In this document: in pieces, positions 51,595 through 61,232 of the stretch
How the letters are laid out: every line of letters starts with the position of its first letter
Numbering within the stretch: position 1 is the stretch's first letter
Source: Acidimicrobiaceae bacterium
GTDB lineage: Bacteria > Actinomycetota > Acidimicrobiia > Acidimicrobiales > Aldehydirespiratoraceae
Assembly: GCA_009843915.1 (NCBI GenBank)
Contig: VYCM01000110.1
Span: 17,298 to 81,297 of the forward strand
DNA length: 64,000 nucleotides
Direction: 5' to 3'
The notes under the pieces: generated by a model
What the model was told of the DNA's origin: nothing
The model's database searches: none
The model's input: only the letters and a program-made list of their open reading frames with translations
Made by a program: the position numbers and the translations under genes

Positions 51595-53618
51595 CGGGCA
51601 CGATGCCTGCTCTGGAGCGGTCCGAGGCCTTGGCCCTGCACCGGACCATGGTGCTGATCAGGGTGTTCGAGAGCCGCGTCGAGGAGCTGTTCAAGGCGGG
51701 CAAGCTGCCGGGGTTCGTCCACACCTACCTGGGCGAGGAGGCGATCGCCACCGGGGTCTGCGCCCAGCTGAGCCCCGACGACTACATCACCTCCACCCAC
51801 CGGGGTCACGGGCACGCGTTGGCCAAGGGCATGTCGCCCGCCGCGCTGATGGCCGAGCTCTACGGGCGGGTTGAGGGCGCCTGCCGGGGCCGGGGAGGCT
51901 CGATGCACGTGGCCGACTTCTCGCTGGGGATGCTGGGCGCCAACGGCATCGTCGGCGGTGGGTTCGGGATAGCCGCGGGTGCCGCGCTGGCGGCCCGTCA
52001 CCGCGGAACCGATCACGTGGCGGTGTGCTTCTTCGGCGACGGCGGGATCAACAAGGGAACGTTCCACGAGGCCCTCAACTTCGCTTCGGTGCACCGGCTG
52101 GGCGTGGTGTACGTGTGCGAGAACAACCAGTACGCCCAGTTCACCGCCCGCAGCCGGACCACATCGGTCGAGGACCTGGCCGTGCGGGCCACCGCCTATG
52201 GCATGGCAGGGGCCACTGTCGACGGCAACGACGTGGCCGCGGTGTCCGCCGCGGCGGCCGAGGCGGTTCAGCGAGCCCGGGACGGGGAGGGCCCGACCCT
52301 GCTGAACATGGTCACCTACCGTCTCGGGGGCCACTACGTGGGCGACGCCGAGGTGTACCGGGACGCTTCCGAGGTGGAGGAGTATCGCGGCCGCGATCCG
52401 ATCCAGCGCTGGGAGGAGACGCTGGCCGAGCGGGGCTGGCTCGACTCCGAGAGCCGGGCGACGGTGTGGGACGAAGCGGCCGCAGCGGTGGGCGACGCCG
52501 AGGAGCGGGCCGAGGCGGGATCCCTCCCAGATCCCGAGAGCGCGCTGGACGACGTGTTCACTCCCGTGCCGGCCGCGACCGAGGGCTTCCGGAGGGGAGC
52601 CGTCCAGGCTCCCCCGGCCGGCGATCCCGACGGTGAGACGCCCGAGACCCGACGAATGACCTTCGGTCAGGCCACCGTCGATGCCATGGGCCGGGCCATG
52701 CGGGCCGACGACAGCGTGGTCGTGCTGGGAGAGGACATCTCCTGGGGCGGCAACTTCGGGCAGTTCCGCGGCCTGGTCGACGAGTTCGCATCCCGCCGGG
52801 TCATCGACATGCCCATCTCGGAGGCGATCATCGTGGCCGTTGCCGTGGGGGCGGCCACGGCGGGGTTGCGTCCGGTGGCGTCGATGAGCTTCGTGGAGTT
52901 CACGCTGGGGGCCATGGACGAGATCGTCAACCAGGCCTCGAAGTTCCGGTACATGTTCGGCGGCCAGGTGTCGGTCCCGCTGGTGCTGCGGGCCTCCGAC
53001 GGTGTGCTGCGCTCGTCTGCGTCCCAGCACTCCTCCAGCCTGGAGGGACTGTTCACCCACCTGCCCGGCCTGAAGGTGGTGGCGCCGTCGAACCCGGCCG
53101 ACGCCAAGGGCCTGCTGCGAACGGCCATCGACGATCCCGATCCGGTCATCTACCTGGAGCACAAGAAGATCACCGCCCAGCGGGGCCCGGTTCCCACCGG
53201 CGATTACCGGGTGCCGTTGGGATCGGCTGCGGTGGTCCGCGCCGGCGCTGACGTGACCGTGGTGGCCTACTCGGCGATGGCCCTGAACGCGCTGGCGGCG
53301 GCGGAGCGGCTGGCCGCCGACGGCATAGACGTCGAGGTGATCGACCTGCGGTCGCTCGTGCCGCTCGACTTCGACACCGTCGTGCAGTCGGTGGCCCGCA
53401 CTCGCCGGGCGGTGGTGGCCCACGAGGCGTGGTGCTTCGGCGGCTTCGGCGCCGAGTTGGCCGCCCAACTGCACTCCGAGCTATTCGGGGAGCTGGAGGC
53501 GCCGGTGGCGCGGGTCGGCGCGGCCCCGGCGCCGATCCCGTTCAGCCCGCCGCTGGAAGCGGCCGTGGTCCCGGGCGCCGACGCCGTGGAGGCGGCGGTG
53601 CGGACCGTGCTGGGTTAG
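51591..53618 (+). CDS. Fused thiamine-diphosphate-dependent 2-oxoacid (pyruvate/acetoin/branched-chain type) dehydrogenase E1 alpha-beta
   Basis: N-terminal half has the E1-alpha TPP motif GDGGINKG...CENNQYA. The C-terminal half (from about MTFGQATVDAM) is E1-beta-like (VIDMPISEA, pyrimidine-binding and transketolase C-terminal domains). Start is GTG 51591 or ATG 51603. Confidence 0.85.
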   Translation: MTGTMPALERSEALALHRTMVLIRVFESRVEELFKAGKLPGFVHTYLGEEAIATGVCAQLSPDDYITSTHRGHGHALAKGMSPAALMAELYGRVEGACRGRGGSMHVADFSLGMLGANGIVGGGFGIAAGAALAARHRGTDHVAVCFFGDGGINKGTFHEALNFASVHRLGVVYVCENNQYAQFTARSRTTSVEDLAVRATAYGMAGATVDGNDVAAVSAAAAEAVQRARDGEGPTLLNMVTYRLGGHYVGDAEVYRDASEVEEYRGRDPIQRWEETLAERGWLDSESRATVWDEAAAAVGDAEERAEAGSLPDPESALDDVFTPVPAATEGFRRGAVQAPPAGDPDGETPETRRMTFGQATVDAMGRAMRADDSVVVLGEDISWGGNFGQFRGLVDEFASRRVIDMPISEAIIVAVAVGAATAGLRPVASMSFVEFTLGAMDEIVNQASKFRYMFGGQVSVPLVLRASDGVLRSSASQHSSSLEGLFTHLPGLKVVAPSNPADAKGLLRTAIDDPDPVIYLEHKKITAQRGPVPTGDYRVPLGSAAVVRAGADVTVVAYSAMALNALAAAERLAADGIDVEVIDLRSLVPLDFDTVVQSVARTRRAVVAHEAWCFGGFGAELAAQLHSELFGELEAPVARVGAAPAPIPFSPPLEAAVVPGADAVEAAVRTVLG

Positions 53619-53623
53619 CGGCC

Positions 53624-54421
53624 TCAGATCCCCTCTTCACCCCCGTCGGTGGGGGAGTGGAGCCACTCGGTGCTCAGATTGCCGAAGGCGCGGTGGAAGG
53701 CGAGCATGGTGTCGTCGCAGCGCGATCCGGGGCCGCAGTGCAGCACGCCCGCAGGGCGGAAGAAGTAGGTGCCTGCCCCGGCCGTGATCATCTCGTCGGT
53801 ATCGGTGGACTGCTCCCGCAGGACAGTCTCGCCGTCGATCACGAAACACTCTTCATGGTGAGGATGGTGGTGCCAACCGCTATCGCCATGGTCCCATTCA
53901 CGAGCGCCCGCCAGCCAGACGTCGCCGACCGGACCCTGGCCCAGAGACTTGACGTGTCGACCGGGCATCTCTGGAACCGGCACCCAGTCCTGCTCGGAAG
54001 CCCGGCCAGGCACCAGCTCGGCAGGCGGACCCATGAAGGTCGGGTCGTATCGCACCGGAGCGGCCGTCATCAGCAGGGCAGCGCCGTCGGCTGTGATCCG
54101 CAGCCGGGGGACGGTCCGCCCCTTCGGGAGGTGGACGTAGTCCCCGGCCTCCAGGGCGTGCGGTCCGACCTCGAGCGCGCCCTGGATCACGAAGAGCTCC
54201 ACCTCGGCGGTGAACGCGCCTCGTGCCTCCGTTCCCCAGCCCGCCCGCAGGCGCACAAGCCGGGTGCTCGAGCCCCTCAGGTCGGTCGACAGGATCCGGG
54301 CCCCGAGGGCGCCGTCGATCCCTGGGATGGTCATCGGTCTGGTCGGCAGCGAAGCGTCCTGGATCCCGGCCAGGTGTGTGGCCGTCCTGTCGACCAGAGC
54401 CGGGTCCACGCCGCTCGCCAC
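53624..54421 (-). CDS. Cupin-domain (bicupin-like) protein
   Basis: WHHHPHHEECFVIDGE matches the cupin G(x)5HxH(x)3-4E metal motif. A second beta-barrel-like half lies upstream. GTG start. Confidence 0.65.
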   Translation of the reverse strand: MASGVDPALVDRTATHLAGIQDASLPTRPMTIPGIDGALGARILSTDLRGSSTRLVRLRAGWGTEARGAFTAEVELFVIQGALEVGPHALEAGDYVHLPKGRTVPRLRITADGAALLMTAAPVRYDPTFMGPPAELVPGRASEQDWVPVPEMPGRHVKSLGQGPVGDVWLAGAREWDHGDSGWHHHPHHEECFVIDGETVLREQSTDTDEMITAGAGTYFFRPAGVLHCGPGSRCDDTMLAFHRAFGNLSTEWLHSPTDGGEEGI

Positions 54422-54439
54422 GGCTGTCAGCCCTTGCTC

Positions 54440-54952
54440 TCAGGCGTCGAGCACTTGGAAGCCCACCTCGGCCAGGTCGACTACCGGCGGCAGGGTGGAC
54501 CACGGGAAGTTGATCCACAGGTCGGTGCGCCTCCACACGTAGTCGCACTTCACCAGCGAGTGCGACTTCTCGTACAGCACCGCGGAGCGGACCTCGGCCA
54601 CCTCGTCGAGGCAGTAGTCGCGCACCAGCTTGAGGGTGTGGCCGGTGTCGGCCACATCGTCGGCGATCAGGATCCTGGACTGGCGGTGGTCGACCAGGTC
54701 GAGCTGGGGGGGCAGCACGACCGGGACCTCAAGACGCTCGCCCACCCCGGTGTAGTACTCGCAGTTCATCACATAGACGTTCTTGACCGACAGCGCGTAG
54801 CCCAGCGACCCGGCGCAGAACAGCCCGCCGCGGGCGATGGCCAGGATCATGTCGGGCCGGTACCCGTCGTCGGCGACCATCTGTGCCAGTTCGCGGACGC
54901 CGCGCCCGTAAAGCGCCCAGTCCATCTCCTCCCGTGCCGAATCGTCACCCAT
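54440..54952 (-). CDS. Purine phosphoribosyltransferase (xanthine/hypoxanthine-guanine PRTase-like)
   Basis: PRPP-binding motif ILIADDVADTGHTL. 170 aa. Confidence 0.8.
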   Translation of the reverse strand: MGDDSAREEMDWALYGRGVRELAQMVADDGYRPDMILAIARGGLFCAGSLGYALSVKNVYVMNCEYYTGVGERLEVPVVLPPQLDLVDHRQSRILIADDVADTGHTLKLVRDYCLDEVAEVRSAVLYEKSHSLVKCDYVWRRTDLWINFPWSTLPPVVDLAEVGFQVLDA

Positions 54953-55029
54953 GCTCAGCCGTCCTCCTGTGGTTCCTGGCGGGTTCGCTAGTTCCTACTA
55001 GCTCCCGCCGGCTCGCGGTGGGATGTCCG

Positions 55030-56400
55030 CTACGCCTGTATGGCTTCGGCGATGCGGCGGTGGTCGCGGAGCATCTGCTCGGTGCCTGAGGCTCGAAGTT
55101 CGCCGTCCTCCACCACCAGGCGGCCAGCGACGATGGTGTGGTGCGCCGACAGCGGGCCGCAGCGCAGCCATGCCTCCACCGGGTCGGACCAGGCCCCTGC
55201 GAAGGCGACGCCGTCAAGGCGCCAGACCGCGATGTCACCGCAGGTGCCCACCGTCAGCTCTCCGATCTCGCCGGCGCGCCCCAAGCATGAGGCGCCTCCG
55301 CGGGTGGCCATCTCCAGCGCCTCGCGTGCGGTGAACAGGCTCCCTCGTCCGGCCTGGCCGTCGCGCAGGCGGGCCATGAGCATGGCGTTGCGGGCCTCGG
55401 TCCACATCGAGCCCGAGTCGGCCGACGCCGAGCCGTCCACCCCGAGGCCCACCGGCACCCCCGCGGCCCGCAGTTCCCGCACCGGCGCCATCCCCGCGCC
55501 CAGGATCATGTTGGAGCTCGGACAGTGGGCCACACCGGTTCCCCAGCGGCCCAGCCGGGATATCTCGGCGGCGTTGGGCTGCACGCAGTGGGCGATCCAG
55601 GACCGGTCCGTGCCCCAGCCGCAGTGCTCGAAGTAGTCCACCGGGCGCATCCCGAAAGCCTCCAGGCAGAAGCCGTCCTCGCCGATGTCCTCGGCCAGGT
55701 GGGTGTGCAGCCGCACGTCGAGGCGCTCGGCCAGTTCCGCGGTGGCCGTCATCAATTCCGTCGACACCGAGAACGGCGAGCACGGGGCCAGCGCGATGCG
55801 CACCATGGCGTCTGGCGACGGGTCGTGGTGAGCGGCGACCAGGCGCTCGGACTCGGCCAGGATCACGTCGTCGGTCTGCACCACCGAGTCGGGGGGCAGC
55901 CCGCCGTCCTTGACGCTGAGCGACATCGAGCCCCGGGTGGGGTGGAAGCGCACGCCCAGGTCGGCCGCGGCCGCGATCTCGGCCGAGATCAGGTCGCCGC
56001 CGCCGGCCGGGTGGACATAGAGGTGGTCGGTGCTGGTGGTGCACCCGCTCAGGGCCAACTCGGCCAAGCCCACCCAGGCCGACACGTGGGCCGCCTCCTC
56101 GTCCAGCCGGGCCCACAGCGGGTAGAGCGTGCGCAGCCAGTCGAACAGGCTGCCGTCCAGGGCGGGGCGGAAGGCTCGGGTCAGGTTCTGGTAGAGGTGG
56201 TGGTGGGTGTTGACCAGCCCCGGCGTGACCAGGCAGTCGGCCGCGTCGACGGTGCGTCTCGCGCCGGCGGGCTCGGATCCGGCCGGACCCACTCCCGACA
56301 CGAGCCCGTCGGTGACCGCCACCCAGCCCCCGGCGATCTCGGAACGCGCCGCGTCCACCGTCGCCACGAGCCGGGCGTTGCGGACGAGTAGATCGGTCAC
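55030..56400 (-). CDS. Amidohydrolase-superfamily deaminase, 8-oxoguanine deaminase-like
   Basis: PGLVNTHHHLYQNLTRA....LF.WL..LYP.WARL closely follows the N-terminal signature I recall for 8-oxoguanine deaminases. HTHLAE and a later His/Asp complete the metal site. Confidence 0.65.
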   Translation of the reverse strand: MTDLLVRNARLVATVDAARSEIAGGWVAVTDGLVSGVGPAGSEPAGARRTVDAADCLVTPGLVNTHHHLYQNLTRAFRPALDGSLFDWLRTLYPLWARLDEEAAHVSAWVGLAELALSGCTTSTDHLYVHPAGGGDLISAEIAAAADLGVRFHPTRGSMSLSVKDGGLPPDSVVQTDDVILAESERLVAAHHDPSPDAMVRIALAPCSPFSVSTELMTATAELAERLDVRLHTHLAEDIGEDGFCLEAFGMRPVDYFEHCGWGTDRSWIAHCVQPNAAEISRLGRWGTGVAHCPSSNMILGAGMAPVRELRAAGVPVGLGVDGSASADSGSMWTEARNAMLMARLRDGQAGRGSLFTAREALEMATRGGASCLGRAGEIGELTVGTCGDIAVWRLDGVAFAGAWSDPVEAWLRCGPLSAHHTIVAGRLVVEDGELRASGTEQMLRDHRRIAEAIQA

Positions 56401-56422
56401 GGCGAGGTGTGGGGCGCGGGCG

Positions 56423-57442
56423 TCAGATCTCCCAGTCGGCGAAGGCGTCGATCATCATCTCCGCGTCCGGCCCCAACGGGTAGAGGATCGGTGTGGTGCA
56501 GCCGTTGTCGATGTAGTGGCGCACCTTGGCCCGGCACTCGTCGGCGGTGCCGGCCGCGCAGAGCAGCTGCACCACGTCGTCGGGTACCAGCTTCGAGGCT
56601 TCCTCGACCTGTTCGAGGGTGGCCGGCCAGGTCAGCACCGAGCCGACCTCGTCGAGCAGCGACTGCGATACGCCCGAAGCCTTCATGATGTGGGGCTGCT
56701 GGCCCAGGTACTGGGTGATCAGCATGCGTCCACCGTCGAGCGCCTCGGTCCGCTCGGCCTCGGAGTCGCCCGATGCCATCGAGCACACGATCAACTGGGG
56801 CCGGTCCAGGTCGTCGACGGTGCGGCCCACGCGGGCCGCTCCCTCCGCCAGGTGCTCCATGGCCTGCGCGTTGTACTGGGGCGACACCAGGTAGTTGAAC
56901 ACCACGCCGTCGGCGATCTCGCCGGTGAGAGCCATCATCTTGGCGCCGGTCGCGCCTACGTAGATGGGCACGTCCTTGGGGCGGCGCTCCTGCTGCACAT
57001 AGTCGAGTTCCACCCCGTCGAACTGCACGAACTCGCCCTGGAAGGTGACGGTCTGATCGTTGAGAAGGCCGCGGCACGCCTCGACGATCTCCCGCATCGC
57101 CTTCAACGGGCGCACCCGGTTCACGCCCACCTTCGACGCCAGCGGCTCCCACCAGGCTCCTATGCCGAGCAGGATGCGGCCCGGGGCCAGGTCGTCGAGG
57201 GTGGAGAAGGTGGAGGCCAGCCGGGCCGGATTGCGGGTCCAGCAGTCCACCACGCCGCTGCCCACCTTGATCGTGTCGGTGACCGCGGCGATGGCGGCCA
57301 TGGGCACCACCGCGTCGCGCACCAGCCGGGAGTCGGCCTGCCACACGGCGTCGAAGCCCTTGGACTCCGCGTAACGAGACAGATCCATCGACTCTGCGAG
57401 GGTGTGGGCGTCCTGGATGTAGAGGGCTACGGGCTGAGTCAT
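56423..57442 (-). CDS. Luciferase-like (LLM class) flavin/F420-dependent oxidoreductase
   Basis: 339 aa. [10 protein letters not shown] and [10 protein letters not shown] are typical of LLM TIM-barrel proteins. Confidence 0.7.
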   Translation of the reverse strand: MTQPVALYIQDAHTLAESMDLSRYAESKGFDAVWQADSRLVRDAVVPMAAIAAVTDTIKVGSGVVDCWTRNPARLASTFSTLDDLAPGRILLGIGAWWEPLASKVGVNRVRPLKAMREIVEACRGLLNDQTVTFQGEFVQFDGVELDYVQQERRPKDVPIYVGATGAKMMALTGEIADGVVFNYLVSPQYNAQAMEHLAEGAARVGRTVDDLDRPQLIVCSMASGDSEAERTEALDGGRMLITQYLGQQPHIMKASGVSQSLLDEVGSVLTWPATLEQVEEASKLVPDDVVQLLCAAGTADECRAKVRHYIDNGCTTPILYPLGPDAEMMIDAFADWEI

Positions 57443-57468
57443 GGCGTCTCCTAATGCGGCTCTTCCGC

Positions 57469-58557
57469 CTACGGCATCTGTTCGAGCTTGGTGAACAGTC
57501 TGGCGGCTGCTTCGGCGGCTTTGGCTCTGATCTCGGTGGCGTCCACCCGGGTCGGCCGGCCGTCGCGCAGCACGGTCTCGCCGTCGACCGTCACTTCCAG
57601 GGCCCGGACGCCTGTGGTGAAGGCCAGCGACCAGGGGTCCATGCGGTCATACGACCAGACCACCGTGTCGTCTAGGGCCTCGGGGAACAGTCTCCAGCCG
57701 GCTTCCAGCCAGCTCCATGCCGTCTCGGGGGTGGCGGTCACGTCGTCTTCACGGTGACGCACGTAGGCCACCCGGAACTCGTCGAGCATGGCCGCGCCGA
57801 TCCCGTCGGTGCCCAGGGCCACCAGGTTCCGCCGGCCGGCGGGCCGGGCGTAGCCGACCCGGTTGTTCATGTTCGAGCGGGGATTGTGCACGATCGTGCC
57901 CGGGAGGTCTCGGTCGAGGTGCACGGCGTGGACCACCAGCCAGTCGTCGCGGGCCAGCTGCTCCAGGCGGTACCCGGCCTCCAGGTCGGCGGTGCCCTCC
58001 GATACGTGGATGTGGACTCCGGTGCTGTGGTCGGCTGCCAATCCCGCGGCGGCTTCCAGCGTGTCGTCGGAGCAGGTGAACGCGGCGTGGACACCGACAT
58101 GGCCCCGCCCCCCGGCTCGAAGGAACCGGTCATTCTCGACGAGGCCTGCTCGGGCGCCCGCCGATCCGTGCCTGTCGGTCACCCCGTAGGCGCAGTCGAC
58201 CCTCACTCCGACTTCGGCGCAGGCTCGGGCGATCACGTCCAGCGACCCTTCGATGGCGTTGGGGGATTCGTGATGGTCGATGATGGCGGTGGTGCCCGAC
58301 TCAAGGGCTTCCAGCGCGCCGAGCTTCGCCGACCACTCGATGATGTCTAGGTCGAGGGCCCGGTCCAGGCGCCACCAGATCAGCTCCAGGATCTCCAGGA
58401 ATCCCGTGGGGGTGCGGGGCGGCGCGGGCATGCCCCGGGCCAGGGCGGAGTACAGGTGGTGGTGGGCGCACACCATCCCCGGCGTGGTGTGGCTGTCGCC
58501 TCCGTCCACTTGCGAGGGCGCGGCGACGTTCCCGGGATCTGGGGCCGTGCCGGTCAC
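57469..58557 (-). CDS. SsnA-like amidohydrolase (short form lacking most of the usual N-terminal beta-sandwich)
   Basis: GTG 58557 in GTGA overlap with the upstream Mo-enzyme stop. The HxH motif ([13 protein letters not shown]) appears only about 35 aa after the start, with later HIHVSE and H..H/D ligands. The track ORF extension to 60060 is a shadow frame. Confidence 0.7.
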   Translation of the reverse strand: MTGTAPDPGNVAAPSQVDGGDSHTTPGMVCAHHHLYSALARGMPAPPRTPTGFLEILELIWWRLDRALDLDIIEWSAKLGALEALESGTTAIIDHHESPNAIEGSLDVIARACAEVGVRVDCAYGVTDRHGSAGARAGLVENDRFLRAGGRGHVGVHAAFTCSDDTLEAAAGLAADHSTGVHIHVSEGTADLEAGYRLEQLARDDWLVVHAVHLDRDLPGTIVHNPRSNMNNRVGYARPAGRRNLVALGTDGIGAAMLDEFRVAYVRHREDDVTATPETAWSWLEAGWRLFPEALDDTVVWSYDRMDPWSLAFTTGVRALEVTVDGETVLRDGRPTRVDATEIRAKAAEAAARLFTKLEQMP

Positions 58558-61232
58558 GGTTGGGGTACTACCGGCTGATGAGTGTTGATAGGCAGGCGGT
58601 TGCGCCACTGGCCGTCCACCTGGCGCATGGCTTCGGCCACCGCTCCTGCGGTGGGCACCAGTCCGATCTCGCCCACACCCTTGATGCCGTAGGGCGAGTC
58701 GGGCTGGGGTGCCTCGACGAGGATCACGTCGACCGGCGGCATGTCCTTGGCCCGGATGATGTCGAGCCCTCTCAGCGTGTCGAAGCGGGGCCGGCCGTCG
58801 GTGTCGCAGGGAAAGTCCTCGCTCAGTGCGTAGCCCAGGCCCATGTGGACGCTGCCCTCGATCTGGCCCTCGCACAGCAGCGGGTTGACTGCCCGCCCCA
58901 CGTCGTGGGCGGCCACCACCTTCTCCACCTTGCCGGTCTTCGGGTCGGCGATCACCATCTGGGCCGCGTAGCCGAAAGTTGAGTGGATGACCGGGTTCTC
59001 CAGGCCGTCGCTGAGCTTGTTGGTCCAGTCCACCCGGTACTCGCCCTCGTAGTCGACCCCGGTGAGGCAGCCACCGTCCTTGGCCGCCTGGCACGCGTCG
59101 GCGACCGATCCGGCCCCCATCAGCGTTCCCCGCGAGCCGGTGGTCTGGCCGGCGCCCAACTCCCGGCTGGTGTCGACGTGGACCCTTACCTGGTCGGGGC
59201 GCACGCCGAGTTCCTCCACCGCCACCTGGAGGGCGACGGTATGCACGCCCTGGCCCATCTCCGTCCAGCAGTGGCGCACCTCCACGACGGTGTCGGGACC
59301 GGCCGGGGTTCCGGCCGGGTGGGCCGCGTCGGCCACGAAATGCACCACCGCCTTGCTGATCTCCTTGAAACCGTTGCCGAGCCCTGAGTTCTTGAGACCC
59401 AGCCCGAGTCCGACGGCCTTGCCGGCTGCGACAGCCTCGTCGTAGGCCGGCTTGATCGCCTCCAGGCAGTCCATGGCCCCGAGGCTGCCGCCGTCCATGA
59501 TCTGGCCCGGACCCCAGACGGCGCCCGGGTAGACCGCGTTGCGCCGGCGGATCTCCCAGCCGCTGATGCCCACCGCGTCGGCCAGGCGGTCCAGAGCGCC
59601 CTCCATGGCGAACTGGGCCTGGTTGGCGCCGAAGCCCCGGAAGGCGCCGCAGACGCTGTTGTTGGTGCGGGCCGCCACCGCCTCGACGTCCACGACCGGC
59701 ACAACGTAGGGGCCGCAGGCATGGCCGGCGGCGCGCTCCAGCACCTTCATCCCCACCGAGGCGTAGGGGCCGGAGTCGCCCAGCATCCGGGCCCGCAGGG
59801 CGGTGAGCCGCCCCTCGGCGTCGCAGCCGACGGCCAGTTCGATGCGCACCGGGTGACGCTTGGGATGGACCAGCAGCGACTCCTCGCGCGAGAACGTCGT
59901 CTTCACAGGACGGTCCAGCAGCCAGGCCGCCAGCGCGGTCTGGGTCTGGTTGGAGCAGTCCTCCTTGCCGCCGAAGGCCCCGCCGTTGGCGACCTGCTCG
60001 GCCCAGATGCGGCTGCTGTCGATCCCCAGCACGGCCGCGGTCTGGTCGCGGTCGTCCCACACGCCCTGGCCGCCTGAGTACAGGTCCAGGCCGCGCTCGC
60101 CGTCGACGACCTTGGGCACGGCCAGCGTCGACTCGGGCTCCAGGAAGGCCTGCTCCACCCGCTGGGTCTGGAACGTCTCACGCACGACGTGGACCGACGC
60201 CGCCAGCGCATCTTCCACGTCGCCGCCCCGAGCGTAGGTCGACACCGACAGGATGTTGCCGTCCAGTCCCCAGACAGCGTCCTCGGCGCCGTCGGCCACG
60301 GCCGCGGCCGGGTCGGTGATCGGGGGCAGCGGCTCGTAGACGACGTCGACCAGCTCCGCCGCCCGGCGGGCCGTCTCGCGGCTGTCGGCCACTACCAGGG
60401 CCATGATGTCGCCGAGGTAGGACGTGCGGCCGCCCTCGGGGATGAACACCGGCCAGTCCTTGTGGATCAGCCCGATGCGCAGGTCGCCGGGCACGTCGTC
60501 CCCGGTGAACACGGCCACTACGCCGGGCTGGGCCTCCGCCCGGCTGGTATCGATGGAGATCACGTCGGCCCGGGCGTGCTCGGCCAGATGCACCGCGCCG
60601 TGGAGCATTCCCGGCGCGGTCATGTCGTCGATGTAGAGCTTGTCGCCCATCGCCAGGTCGGTGGACTCGTAGCGGGCGGCCCTGGATCCCACGCCCCGAA
60701 CGACCTCGACGGCAGTCCCGTCGGCGCCGGCCATCCCGTCGGCCCCGGTGGCCAGCATGTCGACCGCGTCGAGGATCTTCAGATAGCCGGTGCAGCGGCA
60801 GAGGTGGGCGCCGAGATGGCGGGAGGCCTGCTCGCGGGTGAGGCCGGCGCCCTTGTTGTCGATCAGCGCCTTGACCCGCATCACGATGCCCGGCGTGCAG
60901 AAGCCACACTGCACGGCTCCGGCTGCGCCGAAGGCGGCCGCGTAGCGGTGGCGCTCCTCGTCGCTCAGGCCCTCGGGGGTGACGATCTCGGCACCTTGAG
61001 CCTTCTCGAGAGGGATCTGGCAAGCGACACGGGCCTTGCCGTTGAGCAGCACGGTGCAGCAGCCGCACTGGCCCGACGGGGAGCAGCCGTCCTTGGCCGC
61101 GATCAGCCCGAGCTCCTCCCGCAGGGCGGCGAGCAGGTGGGGATGGTCGCCGACGCGCACGGTCGAGCCGTTGCAGACGAACTCCGTCACCGTCGGCGCG
61201 GCAGGTTCAGTGCGTTCCTGAAGGTCGGTCAT
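58554..61232 (-). CDS. Molybdenum-cofactor hydroxylase with fused 2x[2Fe-2S] domain (aldehyde oxidoreductase Mop / XdhD-type, no FAD domain)
   Basis: N-terminal CSPSGQCGCC..C and QCGFCTPG...CRCTGY clusters, the GGAFGGK Moco motif, and the C-terminal GVGEIG catalytic-Glu motif. About 890 aa. ATG 61232 (alternative TTG 61262). Confidence 0.85.
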   Translation of the reverse strand: MTDLQERTEPAAPTVTEFVCNGSTVRVGDHPHLLAALREELGLIAAKDGCSPSGQCGCCTVLLNGKARVACQIPLEKAQGAEIVTPEGLSDEERHRYAAAFGAAGAVQCGFCTPGIVMRVKALIDNKGAGLTREQASRHLGAHLCRCTGYLKILDAVDMLATGADGMAGADGTAVEVVRGVGSRAARYESTDLAMGDKLYIDDMTAPGMLHGAVHLAEHARADVISIDTSRAEAQPGVVAVFTGDDVPGDLRIGLIHKDWPVFIPEGGRTSYLGDIMALVVADSRETARRAAELVDVVYEPLPPITDPAAAVADGAEDAVWGLDGNILSVSTYARGGDVEDALAASVHVVRETFQTQRVEQAFLEPESTLAVPKVVDGERGLDLYSGGQGVWDDRDQTAAVLGIDSSRIWAEQVANGGAFGGKEDCSNQTQTALAAWLLDRPVKTTFSREESLLVHPKRHPVRIELAVGCDAEGRLTALRARMLGDSGPYASVGMKVLERAAGHACGPYVVPVVDVEAVAARTNNSVCGAFRGFGANQAQFAMEGALDRLADAVGISGWEIRRRNAVYPGAVWGPGQIMDGGSLGAMDCLEAIKPAYDEAVAAGKAVGLGLGLKNSGLGNGFKEISKAVVHFVADAAHPAGTPAGPDTVVEVRHCWTEMGQGVHTVALQVAVEELGVRPDQVRVHVDTSRELGAGQTTGSRGTLMGAGSVADACQAAKDGGCLTGVDYEGEYRVDWTNKLSDGLENPVIHSTFGYAAQMVIADPKTGKVEKVVAAHDVGRAVNPLLCEGQIEGSVHMGLGYALSEDFPCDTDGRPRFDTLRGLDIIRAKDMPPVDVILVEAPQPDSPYGIKGVGEIGLVPTAGAVAEAMRQVDGQWRNRLPINTHQPVVPQP

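Noticed and set aside
57469-60060. 863-aa ORF spanning the SsnA-like gene and part of the Mo-hydroxylase region.
   Set aside because: Upstream of 58557 the translation is low-complexity Arg/Gly/Pro typical of an off-frame in high-GC DNA. That stretch overlaps the well-supported Mo-enzyme frame.
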